Shown one piece after another: positions 11,346 through 21,649 of a stretch of 37,823 bases of DNA. The stretch is from a virus. Lineage: Duplodnaviria; Heunggongvirae; Uroviricota; Caudoviricetes. A program made the position numbers and the translations under genes. Location of the stretch: IMG/VR virus record IMGVR_UViG_2917855067_000005; one strand, 5' to 3'. Below the pieces are notes generated by a model. That model was not told the DNA's origin. It searched no databases and saw only the letters and a program-made list of their open reading frames with translations. How positions within the stretch are numbered: position 1 is the first letter of the stretch; each line of letters begins with the position of its first letter.

Positions 11346-11596
11346 CCAGCCACAAGCCACGCCGCTGCATTCAGGTCTGCCGGAGACATCTGGTCGACAG
11401 AGCTTTGCGGCACTTTCGCCAGCCGCACAATGTATTTCGATACCACATGCGCCAGAAGTCTGACGGACTCATCCTGATTCATCTGGTAGGGATACCCCAG
11501 CTCGCGGACATCTTTCCCGGTGGGCTCATCAAACTCCAGTACGGAGAGTGTCTCGCCATGAGCGGTAATCGGTTTCTTTAACTCAAGCTCTTTCAT
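11327..11596 (-). CDS. Tail assembly chaperone (lambda G / P2 E-like)
   Basis: 89-aa ORF between tail tube and tape measure genes; ends at a TTTTTTC slippery site. Confidence 0.68.
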   Translation of the reverse strand: MKELELKKPITAHGETLSVLEFDEPTGKDVRELGYPYQMNQDESVRLLAHVVSKYIVRLAKVPQSSVDQMSPADLNAAAWLVAGFFLQA

Positions 11597-11952
11597 TACT
11601 GGTAATCCCCTTCTTCACCGTGGAACTCAATATCGACCGTGCCTTCTTCGGCATTATGGTTCGCTTCGCCGTGCAGCCAGGCAGACGACAGTACATAGAC
11701 CTGACCGTTCGCCAGCTCGGCAGTGATGGTCATCTCATCAGACGAGGTGATTTTGCTCACCGGAAAATTCTTCGGCACCTTGAAGGTCCCTTTAACATAA
11801 GGCGCACGGTGAGTTTCCTTGCGGTCCACTGAACCATCCAGGCCGATGATGTCATCATTGACCGTCCTGTTCATGGGCACCTCAATGCCGCCGGTCAGCG
11901 ATAGCTGCTGACCGTCAATTTTGAAATAACAGGTTCCCCCGATACGGGCCAT
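11596..11952 (-). CDS. Tail tube protein
   Basis: 118-aa ORF immediately after the sheath gene; size and position fit contractile-tail tube proteins. Confidence 0.72.
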   Translation of the reverse strand: MARIGGTCYFKIDGQQLSLTGGIEVPMNRTVNDDIIGLDGSVDRKETHRAPYVKGTFKVPKNFPVSKITSSDEMTITAELANGQVYVLSSAWLHGEANHNAEEGTVDIEFHGEEGDYQ

Positions 11953-13448
11953 TATGCAGACTCCTCTGAATACTGAAGACGGAACTGATTAACCACGGCA
12001 AAGACACGCAACTGGTTAACATAGTCAGGCGGGAACAGCGTGTTCAGGCGGTTCGGATCGCTGGCATCACGCTCCACAACCAGGTACTGCTTGAACAGTT
12101 CGTAGTTTTCCACGATCCCCGCACGCTCAAGCTGACGGTAGGTTGCCTGCAGTTCCCCTTTGATCACCGCCGGGGTGACAATCGCCTGACCGGGACCAAA
12201 GCGGGTACCGTCGCTGGCAAGCTTGTGACGCCCGTACTTACTGGTAATGACGGATTTCAGTTTGCGCAGTACATACGCACTGGTATGCAGCGTCTCGCTG
12301 TCGAGGTAGCTGTTATCCGCAACCCCGTAAGCGTTTTTCCTGTACGTGGTGACATCACGCTGAATGCGCAGCACCCCGCTTTCGACATACGCCGTTGCCA
12401 CGCCATGAGACAGCAGGATCTGCTGCTCGGTCATCGTGAACCGTTTCCCCTTCGGCGCAGGCAGCATACCCACCAGCTCACCGGTCTGCGTGGGACGTGC
12501 CGGATCGTTGCGAATAAACACCGCTGCGCGGGCGGTACGGCTTGCCGCCAGTTCGTCGGCAGGCGTCTGGGTCTCTTTTTCGTACCCCGCCAGGGTAATG
12601 TGCTGCTGGTTAAACTGGTCACCTGCGGTCACCAGTTCTGACAGCGTACCGGTCTTTGCCGTATACACATGACCATACAGCTGACGCGCATAGCTCCAGC
12701 GACCGCTGGTATCGTTCATCTCGGTCACCAGCGTGTTAACGGAGGCCGTGTCGTTGAACGGCAGGCCGATATAATCAAACGGCTCATCCGCCATTGCAGC
12801 CACCGCGCCGGTGAGAACCGGAGCGCCCGTTCCGGCGGTCCCCGTCGCCACGGCAATCTGTACGCCCGCTGGCAGCACTTCGCCCCCACCGAAGCCGTAG
12901 TAATTGAGGCTGACAGGAATTTCATTCCCGCAAAGCCCCTTATGACGCGCGGTCAGCGTGACCACACCAGCCGAAGATGAAGCTGTAAACGGCAGAGTCG
13001 GAACGGCATTGATGGCATCTTTGATACTGCTGGCAATGGTCGCGACGTTATCGCCGTTGGTCACCGGTGCCTGCACGCGGGTACGTCCCACATAAACATT
13101 CACCGTGCCGGTTTCGGTTGCCGCCCCGGTCACCGTCAGCGTAACTGTTGCCGCCGCGCCCGTGGATTCAGGAACGGCAATCACATACAGCTCACCAAAC
13201 GGGTCGGTCTGGCGATAAGCCTCAACCATACGCGCCAGCTGACTTCCCGCACCACAAATCTGGCGTGCATAGTCTGCCGACGGCATCAGCACCAGACTGT
13301 TGGCAACAATCTCTGCACCGTTATTGGCGTGACCAATCAGCAACGATGCCCCGCTGTCCTGTGCAGTATTCGCCGCCTGGTTATCCATTTCCGCATAAAA
13401 CAGCGGAACCAGCGTATTCGACGGAATGGTGTTAAAGCTTATCGTCAT
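11952..13448 (-). CDS. Tail sheath protein
   Basis: 498-aa ORF upstream of the tube gene; size and order typical of myovirus sheath proteins. Confidence 0.82.
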   Translation of the reverse strand: MTISFNTIPSNTLVPLFYAEMDNQAANTAQDSGASLLIGHANNGAEIVANSLVLMPSADYARQICGAGSQLARMVEAYRQTDPFGELYVIAVPESTGAAATVTLTVTGAATETGTVNVYVGRTRVQAPVTNGDNVATIASSIKDAINAVPTLPFTASSSAGVVTLTARHKGLCGNEIPVSLNYYGFGGGEVLPAGVQIAVATGTAGTGAPVLTGAVAAMADEPFDYIGLPFNDTASVNTLVTEMNDTSGRWSYARQLYGHVYTAKTGTLSELVTAGDQFNQQHITLAGYEKETQTPADELAASRTARAAVFIRNDPARPTQTGELVGMLPAPKGKRFTMTEQQILLSHGVATAYVESGVLRIQRDVTTYRKNAYGVADNSYLDSETLHTSAYVLRKLKSVITSKYGRHKLASDGTRFGPGQAIVTPAVIKGELQATYRQLERAGIVENYELFKQYLVVERDASDPNRLNTLFPPDYVNQLRVFAVVNQFRLQYSEESA

Positions 13449-13610
13449 CGGTGTTCACCTTTTTATTCACGCGCCGGATATCACCCGCTGCTTCACGGCG
13501 CAGCCAGTAGTTGTTCTCGTCAACATTTCGCCCTTCGGCGGGCAAAAAGTCACCGCGGGCAGGGTCAGGCACTGACCGCCCTTTAACAGGTTTCACAAAC
13601 ATGAAGATTC

Positions 13611-14171
13611 TCAGGAAGGAAGGGTTATTTCGGTGTGATGTTCGATATCGCCGTCAGGCCCGTTACCGGGATCGAGATAATCAACATCAATCGCCAGCGT
13701 TCGCAGTTCATCCAGACTGTTCAGGTCATCCTGCTGGCGGGTATCGTCTTCGGTCAGCTCGCTGATGACCGAAAAATCGAACTGATAAATCAGCTCATGA
13801 CGATTCAGATCCAGCAGCGTGCCGCCGTCATAGGTAATCGGGTTACCGCACGCTTCCGGGTTCCAGCCCAGCAGAGCCTTAAAGAGCATCTGCCGGACAT
13901 CGTCCACCACATCATACGAGGCAAACTGACCGCGCTCATCACGCCCGTTACTCAGTATGACAACCACGGAGAAGCACTCTTTCAGCTCCTGCCAGTAGTC
14001 GGTCTGGCTTTTGTTTTCTCCCGGAGAGTCATCACCCGGTACCACATATGCCGCCGGGAGCTTCAGCTTTCCGACCTCCGGCAGATTTTTGAACTGGGCC
14101 GCGCCTGCCACCCGGTTTTCAAAATACGGGCAGCGGGCACGCAGCGCAGCAATAACAGGCGTCAGTTTCAT
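13611..14171 (-). CDS. Mu-like gp37-family protein (head-tail joining / tail completion, putative)
   Basis: 186-aa ORF between head-completion genes and sheath; family call from memory, tentative. Confidence 0.5.
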   Translation of the reverse strand: MKLTPVIAALRARCPYFENRVAGAAQFKNLPEVGKLKLPAAYVVPGDDSPGENKSQTDYWQELKECFSVVVILSNGRDERGQFASYDVVDDVRQMLFKALLGWNPEACGNPITYDGGTLLDLNRHELIYQFDFSVISELTEDDTRQQDDLNSLDELRTLAIDVDYLDPGNGPDGDIEHHTEITLPS

Positions 14172-14674
14172 CTGTGTCGTCGCTCCGGCTTCAGTGATTT
14201 ACGCAATTCCCGCGCCAGAAAATAGCGTGTCCAGCTGCGGTTCTTTTCAAGAGTTTCCACCATGAAGTTATTACGTGGAGCCAGTCGCCAGCCGCTGCCA
14301 CCGGATGCACCACGATGATGACTGCGACGACGTTTTGCTCCTCCCCGGACACCAAAAAACAGAAACGCCGGATAGAAGTCACCAGAGATCATCCGGTTCC
14401 CCTTCCCGTTGCGCTGGTTAGGGGCAATGCGTGTCATAAAACCGGCTCGCTTTTTACTGGCTCTCGGCACCATGTAACCAATCGAACGAGCCAGGCGTCC
14501 GGTCTGATAACCGGGGTTTTCACCCGGTGCCGACCGCGCACGGCGCATCACCAGCCGACGGGCATCACGCATATGACGCTGCCCAATCGTGACAAACGCC
14601 CGCCGGACACGGGCGCGGTTAAAGCGCATCTCCGCGGGCTGCTGAACATCAACGTGAAAAAAGGGAGTCGCCAT
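14168..14674 (-). CDS. Virion morphogenesis protein (HK97 gp10-like, putative)
   Basis: 168-aa ORF in the head-tail joining block; basic low-complexity C-terminus could reflect another undetected frameshift. Confidence 0.45.
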   Translation of the reverse strand: MATPFFHVDVQQPAEMRFNRARVRRAFVTIGQRHMRDARRLVMRRARSAPGENPGYQTGRLARSIGYMVPRASKKRAGFMTRIAPNQRNGKGNRMISGDFYPAFLFFGVRGGAKRRRSHHRGASGGSGWRLAPRNNFMVETLEKNRSWTRYFLARELRKSLKPERRHR

Positions 14675-15059
14675 TGCTGCCTCCGTGACTCTGCGTAAAT
14701 TCGCCCAGCTCCGTACACTCCAGCAGCAGAAAGCGCCGCGCCCCGTTCAGATCGCGCTGACGTTTCACCCGGTACACACTGTCATCACAGACCACCTCAT
14801 AATCAGCAGTGATCCCCCGGCGGTAGCGAATGGTGATGTAATGGGTGATGGCGTCCCCGGTCTGCGCGGTTTCCTGCCAGGTGGTGGCACTGGTCTGGAT
14901 AACCTTCGCCCATGTCAGGAACGTAACCGGGTATTGAGGCTCCACGCCAAAGTTATCCGCGGGCATATCCACCCGCTGGCGGATCAGGACGCGTTTATTC
15001 AGTTCGCCGGGGTCCGGCAGAATGTAGGTTGCGCTGGTCTGCGCCTGACGAATTTTCAT
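14649..15059 (-). CDS. Head-tail adaptor / head closure protein (putative)
   Basis: 136-aa ORF in conserved position after the connector gene. Confidence 0.5.
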   Translation of the reverse strand: MKIRQAQTSATYILPDPGELNKRVLIRQRVDMPADNFGVEPQYPVTFLTWAKVIQTSATTWQETAQTGDAITHYITIRYRRGITADYEVVCDDSVYRVKRQRDLNGARRFLLLECTELGEFTQSHGGSNGDSLFSR

Positions 15060-15379
15060 TGCGGAAAGTACCTGTACGGGCCGACAAGCCAGCCAAAACT
15101 CTGCGGCATGTCGAGTTTCTCCACTTCCGTAACCGACGAGCGGTTTTCGTAAAAATGGCTGATAAGCATCAGCATCCCCAGACGAATATCATCCGGCAGG
15201 TGCAGCCCGTCCGGATCGCTGTCCGGAATGGTTTCATCCGGTGCATAGAGCTTCCGGTTCAGATACGTTTCCGTCCGCTTTTGTGCCGCACAGGCCAGCA
15301 GTTGCAGATGGCGGTCATCAGCATCGAAATCCTCATCCAGCCGGAGTTGGGCTTTAATCTCTTCCATTGTCAGAAGCAT
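15056..15379 (-). CDS. Head-tail connector protein (gp6-like)
   Basis: 107-aa acidic ORF downstream of the capsid gene; pattern resembles gp6-like connector proteins. Confidence 0.55.
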   Translation of the reverse strand: MLLTMEEIKAQLRLDEDFDADDRHLQLLACAAQKRTETYLNRKLYAPDETIPDSDPDGLHLPDDIRLGMLMLISHFYENRSSVTEVEKLDMPQSFGWLVGPYRYFPQ

Positions 15380-15381
15380 AC

Positions 15382-15582
15382 TCAGCCCTCTTTACTGGTC
15401 GTGGCTTTTTTCTCTTTTGCCGCTTTACTGCTTTTTGCACTGATTCCGCGCTCTGCTAACCCGGCCTGAAGTGCAATCTCCTGCACCCGGGCAGGAAGCG
15501 CCCCGTCGTCATACTCACCGGCCCGAATGACCTCAACACGCATACCGTCCGGTGACCATTTCAGATCTTGTTTCAGGATCAT
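15382..15582 (-). CDS. Small hypothetical head-module protein
   Basis: 66-aa ORF packed between capsid and connector genes. Confidence 0.45.
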   Translation of the reverse strand: MILKQDLKWSPDGMRVEVIRAGEYDDGALPARVQEIALQAGLAERGISAKSSKAAKEKKATTSKEG

Positions 15583-15631
15583 GATTCTTCACCCGTCAGA
15601 ACAGGTGGCGCGGTTCCGCGCCCCTGAATGA

Positions 15632-16837
15632 TTACGCCGCTGCAATCTTCAGCAGTTTGATGGCCTGCGAATCGACCAGCATCCCGCCGGTGCGCTTGGT
15701 GGTATAAAAACCGACAAACGGTTTATTGGTGTACGGATCACGCAGAATGCGGGTGCCGATACGGTCAACGATGGTGTAACCCCGTTTGAAGTTACCAAAT
15801 GCAATGGCTTTCGCATCAGCGGCGATATCCGGCATCTGTTCGTTTTCAGCGATACCGTAACCCGCCAGAGAGGACGGCTGCCCCAGTTCCAGCCCCGGAC
15901 GCCACAGATAGTTACCCTCGCTGTCTTTAAGCAGACGGATGGCAAACAGGCTGTTGTTGTTCATCATGAACTTCGCGCCAGTGCGGTGTGCCTTACGCAG
16001 CGTGTAAATCAGTTTGATAATGGCGTCTGCGGTCACCGCAGTCGCGTCGCCGGATACAATATGCTGAAGTTTGCCGAACGCCCGGACCTTATCGGTTTCA
16101 TCAGTGGTTTCATACGCCAGGAACCCTTTCGGCTTCTTGGTACCATCGCCAGTGGTAAAGGCAATTTCTTCCTGTTCGGCAAATTCGGTTGCCAGCTCGC
16201 TGTTGATCCATGCTTCCACGTTGAAAAAGGCATCATCCAGCATTTTCTGGGTGGCCTGCGGGTTACCGTAGATTTCCCCCATGAAAGGTTCAATCAGTCC
16301 CAGTTTTGAGGTGGCAGTCTGGGAGCGCTCGTCAGTCTCGCCAACCCATCCGGAAGCCGTGCCGCCCAGATTCACCAGTTTTTTGTAGTCGGAACCGCCA
16401 ACGGTGATCACCGTGGCTTCCTGGCGCATCACCACTTCATCTTTCAGCAGGGTGAGAATGTTGCGATCCAGTGCTTCCGGCACGGCATAGCCGCCGTCTT
16501 CATCGGTGCCCACCTGTAATGCCTTGCGCTCCAGATCGCGCAGACCGTCTTCACGGCCTTTACGCAGGAAGCCCACAAACGCTTCTTTATGCTCGGTGGC
16601 CAGTTTATTTTGCGCACCACCTGCCGGACGTTTCAGCTCAAGCAGCTCTTTTTCAAGATCGCTTTTGAGGTTTTCCAGCTCGCTGAGTTTCCCGTTCAGG
16701 GTTTCCACCTGCCCGGCAAGTTTGCCTTTTTCCTGCTCAATCGCATCCACGCGCTTGTCGTTCTTTGCTTTGAAGTCGTCAAACTTCTGCTGCAGCTCCT
16801 GCGCGACCTGTTCGACATCTTTAATATCTACCGCCAT
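15632..16837 (-). CDS. Major capsid protein, HK97 family
   Basis: 401-aa ORF with N-terminal coiled-coil delta domain (LQQKFDDFKAKNDKRVDAIEQEKGKLAGQVETLNGKLSELENL) followed by a capsid-like body; follows the protease gene. Confidence 0.85.
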   Translation of the reverse strand: MAVDIKDVEQVAQELQQKFDDFKAKNDKRVDAIEQEKGKLAGQVETLNGKLSELENLKSDLEKELLELKRPAGGAQNKLATEHKEAFVGFLRKGREDGLRDLERKALQVGTDEDGGYAVPEALDRNILTLLKDEVVMRQEATVITVGGSDYKKLVNLGGTASGWVGETDERSQTATSKLGLIEPFMGEIYGNPQATQKMLDDAFFNVEAWINSELATEFAEQEEIAFTTGDGTKKPKGFLAYETTDETDKVRAFGKLQHIVSGDATAVTADAIIKLIYTLRKAHRTGAKFMMNNNSLFAIRLLKDSEGNYLWRPGLELGQPSSLAGYGIAENEQMPDIAADAKAIAFGNFKRGYTIVDRIGTRILRDPYTNKPFVGFYTTKRTGGMLVDSQAIKLLKIAAA

Positions 16838-16851
16838 CGTATTTCTCCTGA

Positions 16852-17538
16852 TTAGAAGTTCAGATTTTTCAGTGCATTCAGTGCAGAGCCCACATCCTCA
16901 GCGTCGCGCAGGGACAGTGCGCCATAGCCCCCGGCCATGAATGCTTTGGCCTGGGTACGGGAGAGTCCGACATCACGCAGGACTCTTTCGATTTTTTTCT
17001 GTTCGGGGATTTCCCCGCGGGCCAGCGCGTTCTTGACGTTGCTGATCCGCGCCTCGTCGTTAGACGGGAACGTCACCAGACTGACTTCCCAGAGGTCGAT
17101 TTCTTTCAACAGAAAGGCTTCTTTGCTCCGGTCGTATTCCCAGTCTTTCAGGACGTACCCAATAGAAAGGCCGGTTAACGAACCGGCCTTCATGTGTGCA
17201 TGTGCGCGTTTTGCGAGGGGATCATCATCAATGAGCAACCGTCCCCTGACGTAAAGCCCGACATCGTCTTCCTTCATTTCGGTGTAAACACCGATGGGTT
17301 CATCCATGCGGTGCTGCCAGAGCAGCGCAGGTAACGTTTTTCTGTCACTCCACGCCCGCAGGGAAGCAGCAAATGCCCCGGACATCACCACATCATCGTG
17401 GCTATCCTTTACACCAAAGACGGAGCCATACCCTTCAAACTCACCGGAGTCACTGACAGATTTCAGACTCAGCGGTACATCAAGACGTTGTTTCGTCTGC
17501 ATTGGCGTTATCCTTCTGCTTACCGGCTTTACTGCCAT
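16852..17538 (-). CDS. Prohead protease, HK97 family
   Basis: 228-aa ORF between portal and capsid genes; EFEGYGSVFGVKDSHDDVVMSGAF resembles HK97-type prohead proteases. Confidence 0.78.
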   Translation of the reverse strand: MAVKPVSRRITPMQTKQRLDVPLSLKSVSDSGEFEGYGSVFGVKDSHDDVVMSGAFAASLRAWSDRKTLPALLWQHRMDEPIGVYTEMKEDDVGLYVRGRLLIDDDPLAKRAHAHMKAGSLTGLSIGYVLKDWEYDRSKEAFLLKEIDLWEVSLVTFPSNDEARISNVKNALARGEIPEQKKIERVLRDVGLSRTQAKAFMAGGYGALSLRDAEDVGSALNALKNLNF

Positions 17539-18721
17539 CGGAGGGTTTCGTGGTCATGTTCATCGGTGTGAGATAGACATCACCACCGGGACGCGGATTC
17601 ATATCTTCCAGGTCGCGGCAGTCATTGGGAGAGTAAATTCCCCAGTTGATCCCGGTGGCGTAGGCTTCAAAACGGGACTTCATATCCCCGCGCAGTAACG
17701 CCCCGGCGTTAAATTTGGCGTAATAAACGCCCTGCTTACTTTTTCGTACCAGTCCGGTGTTGATCCGCTGCTCAATGCGGGTCAGATACGGCACCAGTGA
17801 ATAGTTGATAAATCCCAGCCCCAGCTCTTCGATATTGTTGAAGGTGGCGCGATCGGTGTTCTGCACCATGTGCAATGGCACACGGAACAGACGACAGATT
17901 TCTTCAAGCTGAAACTTGCGGGTTTCCAGGAACTGGCTGTCCTCGGCGTTCAGCGCCATCGACTTCCAGTCCAGCCCCATCTCAAGGATCATCGGGCGGT
18001 GAGCATTGCCAAGCCCGGTGTGACGCTCCTCAAAATCTTTCTTCAGGCGCTCATAAGCCTGATCTGACAGCGTCTGCTCTGTACGCAACACACCCGACGT
18101 CACCGCGCCATTGCTGAACAGTCTGGCCCCGTGCTCTTCGGTCGCTGCCGCCAGCGATATTGCCTCGCGGGCATAGGCGATAGGATTCAGCCCCACCAGT
18201 CCGTCCAGCGTCAGCGTGCGCACATGCCAGATATCCTCCTGGCTCAGTACATCCGTGGAGCCATCCGGGAATGTGACCTGATAGACCGGCTCCCAGCTAC
18301 TGTTAAGCTTCGGTACCACACAGCCGGGATCGACGGGCAGCAGTTCAGCCACTTCGCCAAATGCTTTCACTTTGTAGGCGTAAAAGTTGCCCCGCAGGCA
18401 CAGACAGGTGACCACCAGCTCCCAGAACTCCTGCGGCGTCATATAGCCATTAGGATGCGAGGAGATCAGCTTATGCAGACGTTCGCCAGTGGCTCTCTGC
18501 TTCAGACTGCCATTCAGGTGATACAGGTTGCAGGGCAACATCCCGACCGACTCCGCCAGCACCCTGACGCAGGAAAAAACCGCCGTCAGTCGCATGGCCC
18601 GCTGACTGCTGATCTGCTTTCCGGTATAGGTGTCGTAGGACAACCCGATAGCATCCGCCAGCTCTGCTGGCGTGGTCACCGGTGCGTCACTTTTTCGTTG
18701 AAATAATCCCGAAAAGAACAC
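17480..18721 (-). CDS. Portal protein, HK97 family
   Basis: 413-aa ORF downstream of the large terminase. Confidence 0.82.
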   Translation of the reverse strand: MFFSGLFQRKSDAPVTTPAELADAIGLSYDTYTGKQISSQRAMRLTAVFSCVRVLAESVGMLPCNLYHLNGSLKQRATGERLHKLISSHPNGYMTPQEFWELVVTCLCLRGNFYAYKVKAFGEVAELLPVDPGCVVPKLNSSWEPVYQVTFPDGSTDVLSQEDIWHVRTLTLDGLVGLNPIAYAREAISLAAATEEHGARLFSNGAVTSGVLRTEQTLSDQAYERLKKDFEERHTGLGNAHRPMILEMGLDWKSMALNAEDSQFLETRKFQLEEICRLFRVPLHMVQNTDRATFNNIEELGLGFINYSLVPYLTRIEQRINTGLVRKSKQGVYYAKFNAGALLRGDMKSRFEAYATGINWGIYSPNDCRDLEDMNPRPGGDVYLTPMNMTTKPSDGSKAGKQKDNANADETTS

Positions 18722-18903
18722 TATTTACCTCCACCATCAGACAGCTGTGTACGGTCGAGATATCGCGCCACCAGCCACGACCAGAACAGACACAACGCCC
18801 CGGCAACAACAAAACCCACCGGGGGATAAATCAGCCAGGCACCATACGCCAGCAAAAGCGCCCCCAGCACGCCTACCAGAGGCGCGAGAATCAGCATGAT
18901 CAT
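18721..18903 (-). CDS. Small hydrophobic protein (hypothetical)
   Basis: 60-aa ORF, strongly hydrophobic ([23 protein letters not shown]), between terminase and portal. Confidence 0.4.
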   Translation of the reverse strand: MIMLILAPLVGVLGALLLAYGAWLIYPPVGFVVAGALCLFWSWLVARYLDRTQLSDGGGK

Positions 18904-18914
18904 AATTACCTCAG

Positions 18915-20647
18915 TTAAAGCGAGCGGATCCCGTAGGACTCAATGTGGTCAGACAGCGTGTCTTCTTTCTCGTACAGCATGGCTCTGCCAACCGCCATAA
19001 TCAGCGCAACTGCACCATCGATTTTGTTTTCCGCCTGCTCTTTGACGGGTTTCACCACATCATCGTTACCCGGAATGGTTTTTCCGACCACGTTGCCGAT
19101 ACACCAGGTCATGATGGGATTGCCATCATGATGAAAGCGCCCCGATTCAATTGCCGCTTCCAGCTCTTTCATCGGGTCGGACATGTTGGTGTAGTTCTGA
19201 ATGATGGTGACGGGGTTCAGGTCTTCATCAGCAAGGTCATGTGACAACCCGGTCGCCCCGAAGGGGTCGATGGGTGACTCGCTGACCGGGCTGATTTTGT
19301 TCGCCGCTTTGGCCTCTTCGAGGATGTAGCGATAATCCACCTCTGCACCATCGGTAACGGTCAGGACGCCCATTTCCACCCATTTCTGAAAGCGTTCGGC
19401 TGTCCGGCGATCTTCATTTTTCTCGACGCTATACACCGTGTCATACGGTACCCAGAAACGCGGGGCCACACTGTAGTAATGCGTTTTACCGTCAATCTCG
19501 CGGGTATAAAGTCGCGCCATGCTGTTCATATCCAGCTTACGCGCCAGGTCAAAGGCCAGAATGCACGGCTGCCCCTCGAACTGCTCAAGAGTCAGTGATT
19601 TATCCTCGCAGCTCTGCCAGCTCACCAGGTTGAAATACGCCGAACGCGCCGACACCCAGATATTGAGGTGTTTTGTTTTAAAGACGTTTGCCAGACGGGC
19701 GTTATTTTTCGCACGCTGCTGCTGACTTAACAAAAATTCGCGATAAACCGACACGCCAATATTTGGATTGGCTTTTTCCAGCACCTGCGGGTCGGTCCAG
19801 TCGTCACCTTCATCAACGGTATAGATGATCCCGAACAGTTCATCGTTAGGCACCGAGCCGTTGAGCATCTCGATGACTTCCCGCCGTTTGTCGTAGCACG
19901 GCCCCTCAATGTTGTACCCGGCGGTAGTGATAGCCCACATCAGTGGCTGACGTCGCGCCCCCATCCCGGTAAGCATCGTGGTGTAAAGCGCATCTGTGGC
20001 GTGCTCGTGATATTCATCCACCACCGCACAGTGGGGTGATGAACCATCACCGGGGTTACCGATCAGCGGTTCAAAACGCGCACCATCCTCCGGACGGTTC
20101 ATGTTTGAGGCGTTAACCTCAATCCCGAACGCTTCCGTCAGCATGGGTGTGCGTTTACACATCAGTCTTGCCGGACGAAAGACTTCCCATGCCTGTTTCT
20201 CCGTCGTGGCACCGGAATACACTTCCGCGCCGAACTCGTTATCACAGGCAAAACAATACAGGCGACACCGGCAGAGATTGCCGATTTGCCGTTCTTACGG
20301 GGGATTTCGGTATACACCTCCCGGAAGCGGCGCAGCCGGGAGCCTTTATTGACCCAGCCAAACGCGCAGCAGATCACAAAGAGCTGCCACGGCTCCAGCG
20401 TGATGGGCATCCTCTTAAATGCCCACTCACCCTTGGTGTGCGGCAACAGCTGAATAAATTTGGCGGCCCGTTCAGCCAGGTCCTTGTCGAAGCGGTAACG
20501 AAACGACTTACTTTTTTCCGCCATCAGGTCATCAAGATGGCGCTGGCAGGCCTGAATCACAAACTGGCAGGCCACAATCTTTCCGCGCACGACATCCCGG
20601 GCATACTGATTGGCAGCATTTACGTTGGGGTAAGATTTCCGGCTCAT
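18915..20647 (-). CDS. Terminase large subunit, interrupted by a 1-nt frameshift in an A4/T4 run (plus 20250..20253)
   Basis: Track ORFs 20162..20647 (N-terminal, [12 protein letters not shown]) and 18915..20222; adding one T gives a continuous ...[21 protein letters not shown].... Confidence 0.85.
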
Positions 20648-21137
20648 GATTCGATGATTTTCAGAAACGGGTTAGTGGCTTTCTTCTTCCCCGCCAGGCC
20701 AATCAGACGCTGGCGGCTGCTGGGGTCGAGTCCGAGCATTGCCCCCGTACTGCTCATCTCGGACTCCTGTTCTTTTTGGCGGTCAGCTCCGGATTTTTGA
20801 CCATACCGCCCATTGCACCGGTGATGGTGTTGCCCTGTCTGGCAATATTTTTCACGGCACGTCGCCAGAACTCGTAGGCCACGCACCACCGCTCAAGCAC
20901 CGCGAGGTCAGTCACGCACAGCAGGCCCTGACCGCAGAGTTCTTTAGTTGTCAGTTGCCACATGATCGTAGCGAGAGGGAGATCTTCTTCAGCGAACCAC
21001 TCCGGTGGCTCAACACCTTTGATGGGCGTAAAAACAGGTTCATCTTTATTCAGGGCTCGCTTGCCGGGGTTTCCGGCCAGCGCCTTGCGCGCCGTTGGCT
21101 TGGGGCGACGCCCGGAACGCCCCGCCGTTCCAGCCAT
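20644..21137 (-). CDS. Terminase small subunit (P27 family), interrupted by a 1-nt frameshift in a T5 run (plus 20773..20777)
   Basis: N-terminus [30 protein letters not shown] with AGGAG RBS; C-terminal ...[11 protein letters not shown]... lies in the other frame (20644..20889); one extra A joins ...TAKKEQESEM.... Confidence 0.75.
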
Positions 21138-21261
21138 ATGCGGCACTCCTGGTTAAATTTCATTTTTCGCGGGTATAAAAAAACGATGGGGCGGGCAGTC
21201 CTGAAGGCGTCAGGTCACAGGGATTTGACCCGCCCACCCCTCTGGCAGTGGAAACTGGTTC

Positions 21262-21612
21262 TTACTTCAGCCGTTCACGGGCCGTCTTCGCCTTATGACA
21301 CGGCCAGCACAGACTCTGCAGATTACTGTCGGCATCAGAGCCGCCATGCGCTTTAGGGATGATGTGGTCAACAGTTTTCGCCTCACGCGCCACACCGGCA
21401 CGCAGACATAACTGACACAGGCCTTTGTCACGCTTGAGCACACGTTCACGGATAACATCCCATTTCGAACCATAACCGCGCTGGTGACGGGACAGGCCGC
21501 GTTGATATTGGATCCATCCTTCATCACGATGTTTAACACAATACCCAGAATTGTCTGTTGTAGTCCCCGCACACCCGTGCTTACGACATGCTCGGGGAAT
21601 TCGTGACGCCAT
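21262..21612 (-). CDS. HNH endonuclease (packaging-associated)
   Basis: 116-aa ORF with Cys/His pattern CQLC ... DHIIPKAHGG ... N ... CWPCH; directly upstream of the small terminase. Confidence 0.8.
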   Translation of the reverse strand: MASRIPRACRKHGCAGTTTDNSGYCVKHRDEGWIQYQRGLSRHQRGYGSKWDVIRERVLKRDKGLCQLCLRAGVAREAKTVDHIIPKAHGGSDADSNLQSLCWPCHKAKTARERLK

Positions 21613-21624
21613 ATTATCTCCAAT

Positions 21625-21644
21625 AAAAAACCCGCTAAAGCGGG
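21625..21644 (-). terminator. Intrinsic terminator after the 141-aa moron gene
   Basis: Minus-strand CCCGC-UUUA-GCGGG then UUUUUU, starting 5 nt after the stop codon and just before the HNH RBS. Confidence 0.65.
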
Positions 21645-21649
21645 TCTTG

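Noticed and set aside
13635-14225. Plus-strand 196-aa ORF overlapping the minus-strand gp37-like and morphogenesis genes
   Set aside because: Antisense to a tightly packed, translationally coupled structural operon; Arg/Gln-rich composition typical of spurious ORFs in GC-rich antisense frames.
16506-16940. Plus-strand 144-aa Ser-rich ORF antisense to the major capsid gene
   Set aside because: Low-complexity sequence mirroring the capsid coiled-coil region; capsid coding on the minus strand is well supported.
18131-18706. Plus-strand 191-aa ORF antisense to the portal gene
   Set aside because: Entirely within the portal coding region on the opposite strand; no independent support.
20147-20800. 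Plus-strand 217-aa ORF overlapping both terminase genes
   Set aside because: Antisense to terminase genes with recognisable motifs; no RBS or family resemblance; likely an open-frame artefact.
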